DNA of 64,000 nt, taken from NCBI GenBank assembly GCA_045863295.1, contig BTWA01000011.1, positions 1-64,000 of the forward strand, given 5' to 3'. Shown piece after piece: positions 36,589 through 48,816 of the stretch (positions are counted from its first letter, which is position 1; each line of letters starts with the position of its first letter). Source of the DNA: Candidatus Hydrogenedentota bacterium. Its GTDB lineage: Bacteria > Hydrogenedentota > Hydrogenedentia > Hydrogenedentales > SLHB01. Under the pieces are notes generated by a model. It saw only the letters and a list, made by a program, of their open reading frames with translations, was not told the DNA's origin and ran no database searches. A program made the translations under genes and the position numbers.

Positions 36589-37905
36589 ATGAGTTTGAGC
36601 AACCTGGATACCGCGCTGGAAGCGCAAGCCACTACGGAACGGCCGATGAAATTCGTGTTTTTTCCGCTGGCGTGTTTGTTGTCGCACATGGGCCGGTGCC
36701 TGGAGATTGGGAAAGCCCTGCGCGATCGCGGGCACGAAGTGGTGTTCGCGGGCGAACGCCCCGATCATCCCAAGACGAAGATCGGCGTCGCCGTGCAACA
36801 CGGGTTCAAAACGGTCTACGCGCAAGAACCCGACTACCGATACGCCTGGGACCGTTTCGAACACTACGGCTGGATGGCCACCGGCTGGGACCTGTTCCGC
36901 CACAATCATTGGGCGCCGCTGGACACCATCCTCGAAGAAACCATCCGTGTCATCGACGAGGAAAAGCCGGATATGGTCATCGGCGACGCCTCCATCGCGG
37001 TCACCACGGCGGCCTACATTCGCGGCATTCCCGCGAGCGGCGTGATGAATGCCTATGCGAGCGTGTTCCTGACGCCCGAGTCTCCGTTCAGTTGGATGAT
37101 TCGCCTGTGGGACGCCACGCATCTCTCACGCATTCGCAAGCGGGTCTACAAGAAGTATGGCGTGAAGCCAGTGAACGCGGTCGCCTTGCTGCGATCCGTT
37201 CATCTGATCTCGCCGGACCTTCCCGGCCTGTACGAACCTCCGAAGTTCTTCCCCGACTATCACACCGTCGGCCCCATCTATTCGGAGCCGTCCGTTCCTT
37301 TGCCGGAGTGGTACGACAAACTCGATGACGGATCGACCAACGTCTATCTCACCATGGGATCGACCGGTCTGTTCGATGCATTCCTGCGCCGCAACGCGGA
37401 GGCACTGGGTCAATTGCCCTATCGTTTCCTGGTGACCACGGGCGGGCAGGTGAGCGAGGCGACTATTCAATCGCTGCCGAAGAATTTTCTGGTAACCAAG
37501 TACGCGCCGGGAAGCGCATTGATGAAGAAATGTCAGGCCCTCGTGTTTCATGGCGGCAACGGCACGACCTATCAGGCACTGGAAGCGGGCATTCCCATGG
37601 TCGCGCTGCCCAGCCATCTGGAACAAGATGAGCTCGTGAAGATCGGCGTGAAACACGGCTACTGCATCCGCCTGAGTTCGCGCCGTTGCACCGGTCCCAT
37701 GCTGGCCCAAGCGCTGCAAAAACTCCTCAACACCCCCAGCTACCGTGAATCCGCCCAGGGCTACGCCGAACGCATGCGCCAATGCAACGGCCCCGCCACC
37801 GCCGCCGCCCTGCTCGAACGCCTAGCCCTCGAAGGCAAACCCTGCGGCTGGCAATTCCAACCCGAACACGTGAAAGCAATGACCACCGGACAGGTAACGG
37901 CGTAA
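36589..37905 (+). CDS. GT1-family (UDP-glycosyltransferase/MGT-like) glycosyltransferase
   Basis: SHMGRCLEIGKALRDRGHEV, VYLTMGSTG, FHGGNGT...GIPMVALPSHLEQ. Confidence 0.88.
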   Translation: MSLSNLDTALEAQATTERPMKFVFFPLACLLSHMGRCLEIGKALRDRGHEVVFAGERPDHPKTKIGVAVQHGFKTVYAQEPDYRYAWDRFEHYGWMATGWDLFRHNHWAPLDTILEETIRVIDEEKPDMVIGDASIAVTTAAYIRGIPASGVMNAYASVFLTPESPFSWMIRLWDATHLSRIRKRVYKKYGVKPVNAVALLRSVHLISPDLPGLYEPPKFFPDYHTVGPIYSEPSVPLPEWYDKLDDGSTNVYLTMGSTGLFDAFLRRNAEALGQLPYRFLVTTGGQVSEATIQSLPKNFLVTKYAPGSALMKKCQALVFHGGNGTTYQALEAGIPMVALPSHLEQDELVKIGVKHGYCIRLSSRRCTGPMLAQALQKLLNTPSYRESAQGYAERMRQCNGPATAAALLERLALEGKPCGWQFQPEHVKAMTTGQVTA

Positions 37906-37936
37906 GCTCGACTTTCAGCCACTCACTTCTCGCTGA

Positions 37937-39305
<1,369 letters not shown>

Positions 39306-39325
<20 letters not shown>

Positions 39326-39830
39326 TGCCTTCTCCAGACTCCTGCTTCCGATCGAAAAAATGCGCTCCGATCAGCAGAAATATGCCCGCCATGACGGCTG
39401 TATCCGCCACGTTGAATATGCCCGTGCGAAGAGAACCGATCCCCATGTTCATAAAATCAACCACGATGCCGCCGCGCATCGTGCGGTCAATCAAGTTGCC
39501 GATGCCGCCGCTCAGTAGGAGGGCCAGCGCAAGCACCTCAATCAGCGACAGATCCCGTTTCGAGAAAAGATACACGGTCAATCCCACCAACAGCGCGGAG
39601 GTGAACACCACAAACACCCAGTAGCGGGCCCTGGGAGGAAGCGTGCTGCCCAGACTGAGAAAGGCGCCCTTGTTCTCCGCGTACTGCAAGCGAAACGTGT
39701 CGAATGCAAAGGTGATGGGCTGCGCGCGGTACTGCAACTCCTTCTGCGCAATGTGCTTTGTCGCCTGATCGCATCCAATCATGGACACGAGCACGGCACT
39801 CACCAAAGCGATACGGGCTGCCATTTTCAT
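39306..39830 (-). CDS. lspA: Signal peptidase II (lipoprotein signal peptidase)
   Basis: DQATK, NKGAFLS, GGIGNLIDR, VVDF, FNVAD; 3' end overlaps the lpdA start by 20 nt. Confidence 0.92.
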
Positions 39831-39954
39831 GGGTATCGGGGGTCTCCAAGAAATCCTGTCATGCGGCACATGCACGCGCCGTCCGGCATCATCAAATCCA
39901 AACCGCGGTGGATGCGCGATTTGGCGCACGGACTTGTCTCCCGCGCGGCCGGAT

Positions 39955-41160
39955 TCACACTTCAATTAGCATTCGCGCCGGATTCTCCACGCACTGCTTC
40001 ACGCGCTTCAAAAACGAAACGGCTTCGCGCCCGTCCACAATGCGATGATCGTACGTTAGCGCCACGTACATCATGGGCCGGATCACAATCTGTCCATCCA
40101 CCGCCACGACGCGATCCTGAATGGCGTGCAACCCCAGAATGCCGCTCTGCGGCGGATTCACGATCGGCGTGGACAACATGGAACCGTAAATGCCGCCGTT
40201 GCTGATGGAGAACGTGCCCCCTTGCAACTCGTCCAGCTTGATCCGGTTTTCCTTGGCGCGCGTTCCCAGGTCCGCGATGGCCAGTTCCACTTCAGCGAAA
40301 CTCATCCGCTCCGCACTACGCAACACAGGCACGACCAATCCCTTGCCCCCGCCCACCGCGATACCAACGTCGCAATAGTTGTGGTAAACAATGTCCTGCC
40401 CTTCGATCTGTGCGTTCAACTTCGGAAACTGACGCAAGGCATCCACGCATGCCTTCACAAAAATGGACATGAATCCAAGTTTAATCTGGTACTTCTTCTG
40501 AAACTCTTCCTGATGCTCCTTGCGCAAGGCAATGGCCGCACTCATGTCGATTTCATTGAACGTGGTCAGCAACGCCATCGTGCGTTGCGCTTCCACAAGG
40601 CGCTCCGCGATCTTCTTGCGCATGGGCGACATGCGAACCGCTTCCACCTCGCGATCCCCGTGGGCAACAGCTTCTTCCGCGACAGCCGCCGGAAGTTGCT
40701 TACGCTCGGCGTGTTTCATCACGTCCTCTTTGAGAACGCGCCCGCCCGGTCCCGTGCCTTTCACGTCCCCGGCGGCGATGCCGTGCTCATCGAGCAGCCG
40801 CTGCGCCGCAGGCATAACGCGTGCAGCCGAAGTATCGGATTTGGATACCGACTTGGCCGCGACCGGCGCTTCCGCTTTGGCTTTGGTCTTCGCAGGCGCT
40901 GGCGACTTCCCTTCGGGCCGGTCCGCCTTCTCCATCTGACCAATCACTTCCCCAACGGAGGCCGCTTCGCCAGTCTGTTTGAAAATGGACGTGATGACTC
41001 CGGCCACGGGCGCCGCAACCTCCACCGTCGCCTTATCGGACTCGATTTCGACAATGGGCTCGTCGCGATCGACGTAGTCGCCTTCGCGTTTCATCCATTG
41101 CCCAACCTGAACCTCCGTGATGGATTCGCCAACTGCCGGAACCTTCAACTCAACCGCCAT
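39955..41160 (-). CDS. sucB: 2-oxoglutarate dehydrogenase E2 (dihydrolipoyl succinyltransferase)
   Basis: VPAVGESITE, lipoyl motif ESDKA, GTGPGGRVLKEDV, LTYDHRIVDG. Confidence 0.96.
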   Translation of the reverse strand: MAVELKVPAVGESITEVQVGQWMKREGDYVDRDEPIVEIESDKATVEVAAPVAGVITSIFKQTGEAASVGEVIGQMEKADRPEGKSPAPAKTKAKAEAPVAAKSVSKSDTSAARVMPAAQRLLDEHGIAAGDVKGTGPGGRVLKEDVMKHAERKQLPAAVAEEAVAHGDREVEAVRMSPMRKKIAERLVEAQRTMALLTTFNEIDMSAAIALRKEHQEEFQKKYQIKLGFMSIFVKACVDALRQFPKLNAQIEGQDIVYHNYCDVGIAVGGGKGLVVPVLRSAERMSFAEVELAIADLGTRAKENRIKLDELQGGTFSISNGGIYGSMLSTPIVNPPQSGILGLHAIQDRVVAVDGQIVIRPMMYVALTYDHRIVDGREAVSFLKRVKQCVENPARMLIEV

Positions 41161-41227
41161 GAGAAGGGCATCTCCTTCGGATTGTTCGCCCAAACCGTCC
41201 TATGCGTCGCGTGTCACACGCCAACAC

Positions 41228-44068
41228 TTACAGATTCTCGAATGCCTCGTCCAACAACATCTGCTGCTCAAGCTTGTGGCTGCTTGCCGATCCGGTCGCA
41301 GGACTGGCCGACGCCGGACGGTACACGCCTTTCAACGGAAATTTGCCAAGCCACCGATCGCCAAACTTTCCGCGCATACGGCGCCATGCGCCCATGTTTT
41401 CCGGCTCTTCCTGCACCCAGTAGACCGGCGTATTTTCTTTGTACGGGTACAACGCGCTGGCCATGTGTTCGGGTTGAAGCGGATACAACTGCTCCACGCG
41501 CAGAATCGCCACGTTGGAAAGACCTTTTTGTTCTCGCACGGCATCCAGTTCGTAATAGATCTTGCCGCTGCACATGAGAATCCGGTCGACTCCCTCCACG
41601 CGTCCGTTCGCATCGGGCATCAGCCGTTGAAAACGCGTGCCGGCGCCGAATTCCGCAAGCGGCGATACGCACTTGGGATGGCGCAACAGACTCTTGGGAG
41701 TGATGACGATTAGCGGCTTGCGCCAAGGCCGGATCACCTGGCGCCGCAACACATGAAACATCTGCGCGGGAGTCGAAGGAACCACGACCTGCATGTTGTC
41801 TTCCGCGGTGAGACTCAGAAACCGTTCGATGCGCGCGCTCGAATGTTCTGGCCCCATGCCTTCAAAACCGTGCGGCAGGAGCATCGTAATATTGCTCAGG
41901 CTGTTCCACTTGTCTTCCGAACTCGAGATGAACTGGTCCAGGATCACCTGGGCCACATTGGCGAAATCGCCGAATTGCGCTTCCCAAATCGTTATGCCAT
42001 CAGGCGTGGCCAGACTGTAACCGTATTCGAATCCCAGCACCCCCGCTTCGGAAAGCGCGCTGTTGTACAACTCCACGGGCGCTTGCCGGTCGGCGAGGTG
42101 TTGCAGGGGCACGTATTTTTCGTCCGTGCGCATGTCATGCAGTACCGCATGGCGGTGACTGAATGTGCCCCGCTCGCTGTCCTGGCCGCTGATGCGCACA
42201 CGCGCGCCGCCGATGGCAAGCGATCCGAAGGCCAGCGCCTCGCCCGCGGCCCAGTCCAGCGCCTGCTTGCCGGCCGCCATTTCCACCCGCTGATCGAGAA
42301 TCCGCTGGATTTTCTCGTGCGGTTCAAACCACTCCGGCACCACCGCAGTCTTCTGAAGGATCGACGACAGTTGCTCCAATTCAACGCCCGTATCCACATC
42401 GGGCACGTCCCGATCGGGGCCGCCCCGGTATTGCTTCCAGAGCAGTCCCAGTGAACTCGGGCTCTTGGGAGCGGCAATCTTCTCCTTGGCTTCCTCGCTT
42501 CGGGCCGCGCTGAGTTCGGCTTCAAGGTGTTCACGTCGTTTGATCGCGATTTCTTCGGCTTCCTCCGGCGTGATGCCGCCCAATTCGAGTAGATGTTCGA
42601 GATACGCATCGCGCACGGTTTCCCGCTTGCGAATCGTCTGATACATCAGCGGCTGCGTGAACGCCGGTTCATCCCCTTCGTTGTGGCCGTACTTGCGATA
42701 GCAGTACATGTCGATGACCACATCGCGCTTGAACGTCATGCGGTATTCCATCGCCACATTGACGACTTGGGCTACCGCCTCGGGATCTTCCCCATTGACG
42801 TGGAAAATCGGCGTTTGAAGCATCTTGGCCACGTCGGCCGCGTACACGCTTGAACGCCCCTCCGACGGATTGGTTGTGAAACCGATCTGATTATTGACGA
42901 TGATGTGAAGCGTTCCGCCGCAGGAGTATGCATCCAACCCGCTGAGGTTCAGCGTCTCCTGGATAATCCCTTCGCCCGCGAACGCGGCGTCGCCATGGAT
43001 CAACACGGCCAGACCGCGTTCCCGATCCAGATCACGCTCCCGATCTTGTTTGGCCCGCACACGGCCCATCACCACCGTATTCACGAACTCGAGGTGACTC
43101 GGATTAAAACACAAAGCCAAATGCACGTTATGGCCGCGAAGTGTCTGCCAATTGGTGTGGTAGCCAAGGTGATATTTGACGTCGCCGCCGCCCTGGTGCA
43201 ATTCGGGCTTCTTGTCGTCGAACTCGCGGAAGATGTCGCGAGGACTCTTGCCCATGACATTGGCAAGCACATTCAGGCGGCCCCGGTGCGCCATGCCAAT
43301 GATGATTTCGTCAATTCGCTGCGCGCCGGCCTTTTCAACGGCGATGGCCAGCAACGGAACCAAGGTTTCGGCCCCTTCCAGGGAAAACCGCTTCGTGCCA
43401 ACATACTTCTTCTGAATAAACTCTTCAAAAATCACGGCATCGGTCAGGCGGGTGAATATGCGAAGCTGGTCCTCGCGGCTCAATTTCACATAGCCAAATT
43501 GGCCTTCCATGCGCTCTTCGAGCCACTCGCGTACAAACTGATTGTCGATATGCATGTATTGCACACCGATGGATCGACAGTACGTCTTGCGAAGGCGCGT
43601 AATGACTTTCTTAAGGGTAGGCCGCTTGACACCGTGCACAATGCCCACCGGAAGAGGCCGTTCGAAATCTTCATCCTTGAAATCGTAGAACTCCAGGTGA
43701 AGCTCGGGGATGTTCGTGCGGGGCATGCCCAACGGATCGATCTTGGCAATACGATGGCCGCGGCTGCGAAAATTGCGGATGAGCTTGTCCACACGGTGTT
43801 GAAAACTCGCGATTTCCGTCTGATTCGCGTCATACACCGCGCCTGCGGCAGGAGCACCGTGGCCATTGGACGGCGGATTGAATATGCTGGAGGTCCGGAA
43901 CGACGGGCCGGTCTTCACCGATCGTCCGTTTCCTTCCCGGCGGGCCAACTCCTCAAAATACGGCCGCCAATCCTGGGGAACGGATTCGCTGTCGCGCAGG
44001 AAATCCGCGTATAGCCCCTCGATAAACTCCAGGCTCAGATTGTCTGGCCCCTGGTTTTTCGTTGCCAT
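41228..44068 (-). CDS. sucA: 2-oxoglutarate dehydrogenase E1
   Basis: KRFSLEG, GMAHRGRLN, GDVKYHLG, HGDAAF, WEAQFGDFAN, LLPHGFEGMGPEHSSAR. Confidence 0.97.
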   Translation of the reverse strand: MATKNQGPDNLSLEFIEGLYADFLRDSESVPQDWRPYFEELARREGNGRSVKTGPSFRTSSIFNPPSNGHGAPAAGAVYDANQTEIASFQHRVDKLIRNFRSRGHRIAKIDPLGMPRTNIPELHLEFYDFKDEDFERPLPVGIVHGVKRPTLKKVITRLRKTYCRSIGVQYMHIDNQFVREWLEERMEGQFGYVKLSREDQLRIFTRLTDAVIFEEFIQKKYVGTKRFSLEGAETLVPLLAIAVEKAGAQRIDEIIIGMAHRGRLNVLANVMGKSPRDIFREFDDKKPELHQGGGDVKYHLGYHTNWQTLRGHNVHLALCFNPSHLEFVNTVVMGRVRAKQDRERDLDRERGLAVLIHGDAAFAGEGIIQETLNLSGLDAYSCGGTLHIIVNNQIGFTTNPSEGRSSVYAADVAKMLQTPIFHVNGEDPEAVAQVVNVAMEYRMTFKRDVVIDMYCYRKYGHNEGDEPAFTQPLMYQTIRKRETVRDAYLEHLLELGGITPEEAEEIAIKRREHLEAELSAARSEEAKEKIAAPKSPSSLGLLWKQYRGGPDRDVPDVDTGVELEQLSSILQKTAVVPEWFEPHEKIQRILDQRVEMAAGKQALDWAAGEALAFGSLAIGGARVRISGQDSERGTFSHRHAVLHDMRTDEKYVPLQHLADRQAPVELYNSALSEAGVLGFEYGYSLATPDGITIWEAQFGDFANVAQVILDQFISSSEDKWNSLSNITMLLPHGFEGMGPEHSSARIERFLSLTAEDNMQVVVPSTPAQMFHVLRRQVIRPWRKPLIVITPKSLLRHPKCVSPLAEFGAGTRFQRLMPDANGRVEGVDRILMCSGKIYYELDAVREQKGLSNVAILRVEQLYPLQPEHMASALYPYKENTPVYWVQEEPENMGAWRRMRGKFGDRWLGKFPLKGVYRPASASPATGSASSHKLEQQMLLDEAFENL

Positions 44069-44358
44069 ACGGGTATTTCTTCAAACCTCCACAATTCGCC
44101 GGCCGCCATGGCTCCGGTTCTATACGCCGGACCTGCCCAAGGATTTGGGCAACCGGCCCTCCACCTGTAATTCATCCAAGACCATCGTTCAAACGACGTC
44201 GCATCCGCATAATACTCGAAAGTGCGCGGGATTAAAATTTTTTGGGCAAATTCCGCCCTTTTCGCCCGATCCGGCAGGGATTTCTGGAATGCACACAACT
44301 CGTCCGAATATACTCGTCCGCGCGCGACTTGATGCGCAGGTCTCATTCAGAATTGGGC

Positions 44359-45744
44359 ATGCCGGTATCGATGCCCTTGGAATTCACCGTGACGCCGCAC
44401 AGTCTTCAATGCATATCCGGCTGGGGCAATGCCCCACGGGAACAGTGTCAGATTTACCGGCCCAATACCCCGGATTCCATTCGGGAAACCCTTGATAACG
44501 GCATCGCCTCGACTTGGATACCGCGCGGGCTGGGCCGCAGCTATGGTGACCCGGCCATTAATGGTAATGCCGGTGTAATTGCCCTGGACCGAACGAATTG
44601 CATGATCTCGTTTGATTCCAGGTCCGGAATCCTGGAAGCGGAAGCAGGGGTCAGTCTGGCGGAAATTATTGATGCCTTCTTGCCCCGGGGCTGGTTTTTG
44701 CCGGTCACGCCGGGCACCAAGTTTGTAACCCTCGGCGGCGCCATCGCCAACGACATTCACGGCAAGAATCACCATGTAGACGGGTCGTTCAGCCGGTATG
44801 TGATGGATTTCACACTGCTGACGCCGAACGGCTCGGTGCTGAACTGCTCGCGCGATCTGAATGCAGATGTCTTTTGGGCCACCGTCGGCGGCATTGGGCT
44901 GACGGGAATTATCCTCACGGTTCGCATGCAACTGCTGAAAGTGGAATCGGCCTACATCCGGACTGACTACCGGCGGTGCCCAAACGTCGAAGTCTTGTTG
45001 CAGGCCATCGCCGAAACCGATCAGGCGTACCGCTATTCGGTAGCCTGGGTGGACTGTTTGGCCACGGGAGCCTATTTGGGCCGATCCGTTCTCATGTCCG
45101 GCGATCATGTCCGTGCGGCCGATATGCCCCACGACGCGGATCCCTTCTACGTCAAGCCCAAGCCCAAGAAATCGGTTCCCTTCGAATTTCCGGAGATGGC
45201 CTTGAATCCCTGGTCCATCGGCGCCTTCAACGAGATTTTCTATATGCGCCACCCAACCGCGTACGATACGATCGTCGATTACGACACATACTTCTATCCC
45301 CTGGACTCAATCCACTCGTGGAACCGGATCTACGGCCGCCGCGGGTTTACCCAGTACCAGGCTACAGTCCCAGACGGCGAAGAACAGGGCATCGTGACGC
45401 TGTTGGAGCGGCTGAGCGAATCCGGCAGGGCGTCGTTTCTCGCGGTGCTGAAACGAATGGGACCGGCGGGACCGGGCCTCCTTTCGCACCCGATTTCCGG
45501 GTACACGCTGACCCTGGACATTCCCATGCGTGACGGATTGGTCCCCTTTCTGCACGAACTGGATGAGATTCTGCTCAAACACCGCGGAAGGCTCTATCTG
45601 GCCAAAGATGTGTGCACACGTCCCGAGACCTTTGCGGCAATGTATCCGCGGCTGGACGAGTTTCGAGCGATCAAGGCTCGCCTCGATCCGCAAAATCGGA
45701 TTTCCTCGCGCATGGCGAGGCGCCTCAAAATCGTACCCGCCTGA
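44359..45744 (+). CDS. FAD-linked oxidoreductase, DprE1 (decaprenylphosphoryl-ribose oxidase)-like
   Basis: RGLGRSYGD, PVTPGTKFVTLGGAIANDIHGKNHH, YSVAWVD, FYPLD..WNRIYG..GFTQYQ, YLAKD; start uncertain. Confidence 0.85.
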   Translation: MPVSMPLEFTVTPHSLQCISGWGNAPREQCQIYRPNTPDSIRETLDNGIASTWIPRGLGRSYGDPAINGNAGVIALDRTNCMISFDSRSGILEAEAGVSLAEIIDAFLPRGWFLPVTPGTKFVTLGGAIANDIHGKNHHVDGSFSRYVMDFTLLTPNGSVLNCSRDLNADVFWATVGGIGLTGIILTVRMQLLKVESAYIRTDYRRCPNVEVLLQAIAETDQAYRYSVAWVDCLATGAYLGRSVLMSGDHVRAADMPHDADPFYVKPKPKKSVPFEFPEMALNPWSIGAFNEIFYMRHPTAYDTIVDYDTYFYPLDSIHSWNRIYGRRGFTQYQATVPDGEEQGIVTLLERLSESGRASFLAVLKRMGPAGPGLLSHPISGYTLTLDIPMRDGLVPFLHELDEILLKHRGRLYLAKDVCTRPETFAAMYPRLDEFRAIKARLDPQNRISSRMARRLKIVPA

Positions 45745-45745
45745 T

Positions 45746-46204
45746 TCAGTCGTACTGCGCAAGTTCCAATATCACCCCGTCGGGATCGCGAAAATAACAG
45801 AGCGACTTGTGACCGGCATCGTGCTTTACGACGCTTCCAGGCACGGTTACCGGATCAGCGAACACGCACGCGCCGGACCGGCGAATGCGGTCCACCATCA
45901 ATTCAATGTCCGAGACACGCAATGCGACGTGGCGTAAGCCAACCGTGTTGGGCAATGCGGTCTCCGGAACGGTTGCGCCCTGGGGCATGTGATACTGGAT
46001 TAATTCGAATCGCGGCTCTCCGCCCTCGGGCACCACAAACACCACATCCGCGGAAACGCCTTTCAATCCCACGATGGACTCTATCCACGCGCCTTCAAGA
46101 TGCGCGCGCCGGGTCTCCCGAAACCCCAGTACCTCCGTGTAAAAACGAACCGATCGCTCTAAATCGGAAACAACGATGTTGATATGATCGACGCAACGAA
46201 TCAT
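45746..46204 (-). CDS. VOC/glyoxalase family protein
   Basis: DHINIVVSDLERSVRFY, RHVALRVSD, YFRDPDGVILEL. Confidence 0.9.
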   Translation of the reverse strand: MIRCVDHINIVVSDLERSVRFYTEVLGFRETRRAHLEGAWIESIVGLKGVSADVVFVVPEGGEPRFELIQYHMPQGATVPETALPNTVGLRHVALRVSDIELMVDRIRRSGACVFADPVTVPGSVVKHDAGHKSLCYFRDPDGVILELAQYD

Positions 46205-46237
46205 GAACCGTCCTTTTTGCAATCACGCTGTGGTTGT

Positions 46238-48670
46238 CTACGAACTGCCGGACACCGTTCGGCGCGTGCCGTCCGGAAGGATTTCCGTCGCGTGCGTTCC
46301 GCCGAGAATGATGTGCTTCACGATGCGGTTGTCGCTGCTGACAAACAATGCAAATGCATCCGCATCGCTTTCCCATGTTCCCACACCCCACGGATTGCCC
46401 CCAGGCGCGGTACGAAACGCCACAACGTGCGTTCCTCCGGGATCCTGCAATGCAACTCCACGGCCGGTTTCGGACTGAATCGGTTGCACCACCGGCAGGG
46501 AATTCTCCCCGCCCTCGCGGTACGGAATCAAGACGGTGACGGGCTGGTACACGGCGACCTTGTGGGGAGTATACGCCGTGAAATGAAATTGGGGCGGTTC
46601 ACCGTTCTCCGGTGGAGGCGTAGCGCCTGCCCGCTGTCCAAACTGAAGATTCTCGCTGTGCACGAATCGCACGCGGCATCGCGCGGCACCTTGAGCAATG
46701 GTCACGGTCTGGTAGGGTTCGTCCAACTGCATTTCGGAAAGCGCGTGCAAATTCCATTCGACAATTGCAGGCGCCGGCACGACTACATCGTCAAACAACA
46801 CGTAGATTCCGGGCCGAAGGTGAATAACGCGGCGCATTGCTTTTGTAAGCCGGCCTTGGTAGGCCGCGGTCGCATCTCCGGTCAATGCGTCGTAATGCAG
46901 GGTGCTGCGGAATGCCGTAACGGTTCCCTTGGACTTCGGATCGCGCGGTACCTGCCCCAGTCCACCGTCGATGGTGATGGTGTTGGATGACTTTGATTCC
47001 CACTGCCAGAGGCGATGGTGATCGGACCCATACCAAGGATAATAACCCGATGCAATGGCGATTGCTTCGCCAAACGCCTCCAGGGTAAAAGCATTCTGAT
47101 CGGCGTGTCCATGGCTTATGGACCCGTACGGATCGCTCTTGAACAGAAAATGAATGTCGTTGGCCGCGTCGCCCAGATCCGTATGCAATGAGGCGAGCCC
47201 CACGCCGGGAAACAAACATGACGGAGGCAGGCCGGAAGGCGGCTTGGCCTGCAACTCCGGCTTTTCCAAGGCAACGCCCAGAATGGTGACGCCGGGGCCC
47301 GCTTCCCAGGCATCGGAATACCAGCGAAAATAGGGATTGTCCAACAAACTGGAAAACCAATACATGAGATGACCGCGGCCCTTCGTGGAAGGACCGTGTT
47401 CGCCATCTCCAAATGGAGATATCTTGGCGTAAGGCGGATTCGTGTACAAAAGGTAATAGGGCGTCGCGCTCAGGAACGGCTTATGCATCAGATCGATGCC
47501 GGTTCCATTGCGCAACGCGGTGACGAAATGGAGCACGAATCCCATGTAAGCGCCCCAATACGAAGGGCCTTCGTGCCAGCCGCCGTCTTCCTTTCCCCAC
47601 GCCGGATAACAATTCCAGTAGCAAGTGAGCACATAGTCCAGCCATTCCCTGGCCTCGGGCCACTCGTGGGCAAACGCGATGCACGCCTCTCCCAGAAATC
47701 CCAGGGTGCGTCCGGCGTGGCTCTCGTAGGGGTTGGTGTGAAACTGCCGGCGGTTCCGGAGATGATCGTAGAACTGCGCCGCGCGCGTGTGCATGACTTC
47801 CTCGACCATCTTTCGCTCTTCCGCGCTGAAAAGCGTGTACGTCCAATCGTACGACCGCACGCCCCGCATCATCATCCACATCGCGGGCTCGTCGTTATTG
47901 GGATAGGCCGTGCTGCCGTCGGGATCCCACGACATGAAGTGGATCAGCCTGCGGCGCGCTTCTTGCCCAAAGCGCTCGTCGCCCGTGCACAGATAGAGAA
48001 GCGCGCAATCTTCCATGCGATCCATATCCGGCCGCGTGCTTCGAATGACCTCGGCAAACATCCGGCCGCGTTCAGCCCCCTCACCGGTGATAGGCGGTGG
48101 TTCGGCCACCAATGACGCACCAACGACCGGCTCGCAGATCTCCCGCAACGATTGAAGACGCGCGGCCAGCGCGCCGGACACGGCACGCTCGCGAATGGCG
48201 GGTAGTGAAGACTCATTGACGAACATGCGCGGACGGGATTGCGGCACGCGTTCGATCGATTCCGCTACATCGGGATAAGGCAGTGCCGTGGCGTTATCCG
48301 GTACGGTAAAACTGCGTATGCCGCTGTAAGCAACAGGGTGGCCTTCCCGTTTGACGCCGTACCGCCAATACCATGGACCCGGCTTCAACGGTTCCGGCAG
48401 GGCATACGTGGAAACAGGGAGGTTGTCACGACGGATTAGTCCCTTTGTGCCATCCGGACTGGCAGCAATTTCCAACACATACGTGACAGTGTCATCGGCC
48501 GGTGGTACCCATGTGAACGGCGGCGGATTCAAGCTTACCGTTACGCCGTCATCAGGCGTGAGAGGAAGTTGATTCGGACCGGGCGGTATGTCGACCAGTG
48601 TCTCCTGGGAAAGCGCCGGAAATCCTGTTACCCAGAAAATCGCAAGGAAAATAGCCCCGAGCAATCGCAT
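46238..48670 (-). CDS. Secreted DUF4962/heparinase II-III polysaccharide lyase (PL15 oligoalginate lyase-like)
   Basis: Signal peptide MRLLGAIFLAIFW; NPPPFTW, ESHAGR, GGWHEGPSYW, SHGHADQNAF. Confidence 0.8.
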   Translation of the reverse strand: MRLLGAIFLAIFWVTGFPALSQETLVDIPPGPNQLPLTPDDGVTVSLNPPPFTWVPPADDTVTYVLEIAASPDGTKGLIRRDNLPVSTYALPEPLKPGPWYWRYGVKREGHPVAYSGIRSFTVPDNATALPYPDVAESIERVPQSRPRMFVNESSLPAIRERAVSGALAARLQSLREICEPVVGASLVAEPPPITGEGAERGRMFAEVIRSTRPDMDRMEDCALLYLCTGDERFGQEARRRLIHFMSWDPDGSTAYPNNDEPAMWMMMRGVRSYDWTYTLFSAEERKMVEEVMHTRAAQFYDHLRNRRQFHTNPYESHAGRTLGFLGEACIAFAHEWPEAREWLDYVLTCYWNCYPAWGKEDGGWHEGPSYWGAYMGFVLHFVTALRNGTGIDLMHKPFLSATPYYLLYTNPPYAKISPFGDGEHGPSTKGRGHLMYWFSSLLDNPYFRWYSDAWEAGPGVTILGVALEKPELQAKPPSGLPPSCLFPGVGLASLHTDLGDAANDIHFLFKSDPYGSISHGHADQNAFTLEAFGEAIAIASGYYPWYGSDHHRLWQWESKSSNTITIDGGLGQVPRDPKSKGTVTAFRSTLHYDALTGDATAAYQGRLTKAMRRVIHLRPGIYVLFDDVVVPAPAIVEWNLHALSEMQLDEPYQTVTIAQGAARCRVRFVHSENLQFGQRAGATPPPENGEPPQFHFTAYTPHKVAVYQPVTVLIPYREGGENSLPVVQPIQSETGRGVALQDPGGTHVVAFRTAPGGNPWGVGTWESDADAFALFVSSDNRIVKHIILGGTHATEILPDGTRRTVSGSS

Positions 48671-48816
48671 GTCGGATCCCCCCGTGAATCCTGTACACCG
48701 CCGCGGGCATTCTAGGCGGGTTTCAGCGGGTGGTTCAACGCGAATGAATCGGAATTGGCAGCACGCTTCGGGAAGAGTACAATAATCTCGCATACAAACC
48801 GGGGAGTCCTATCTGA

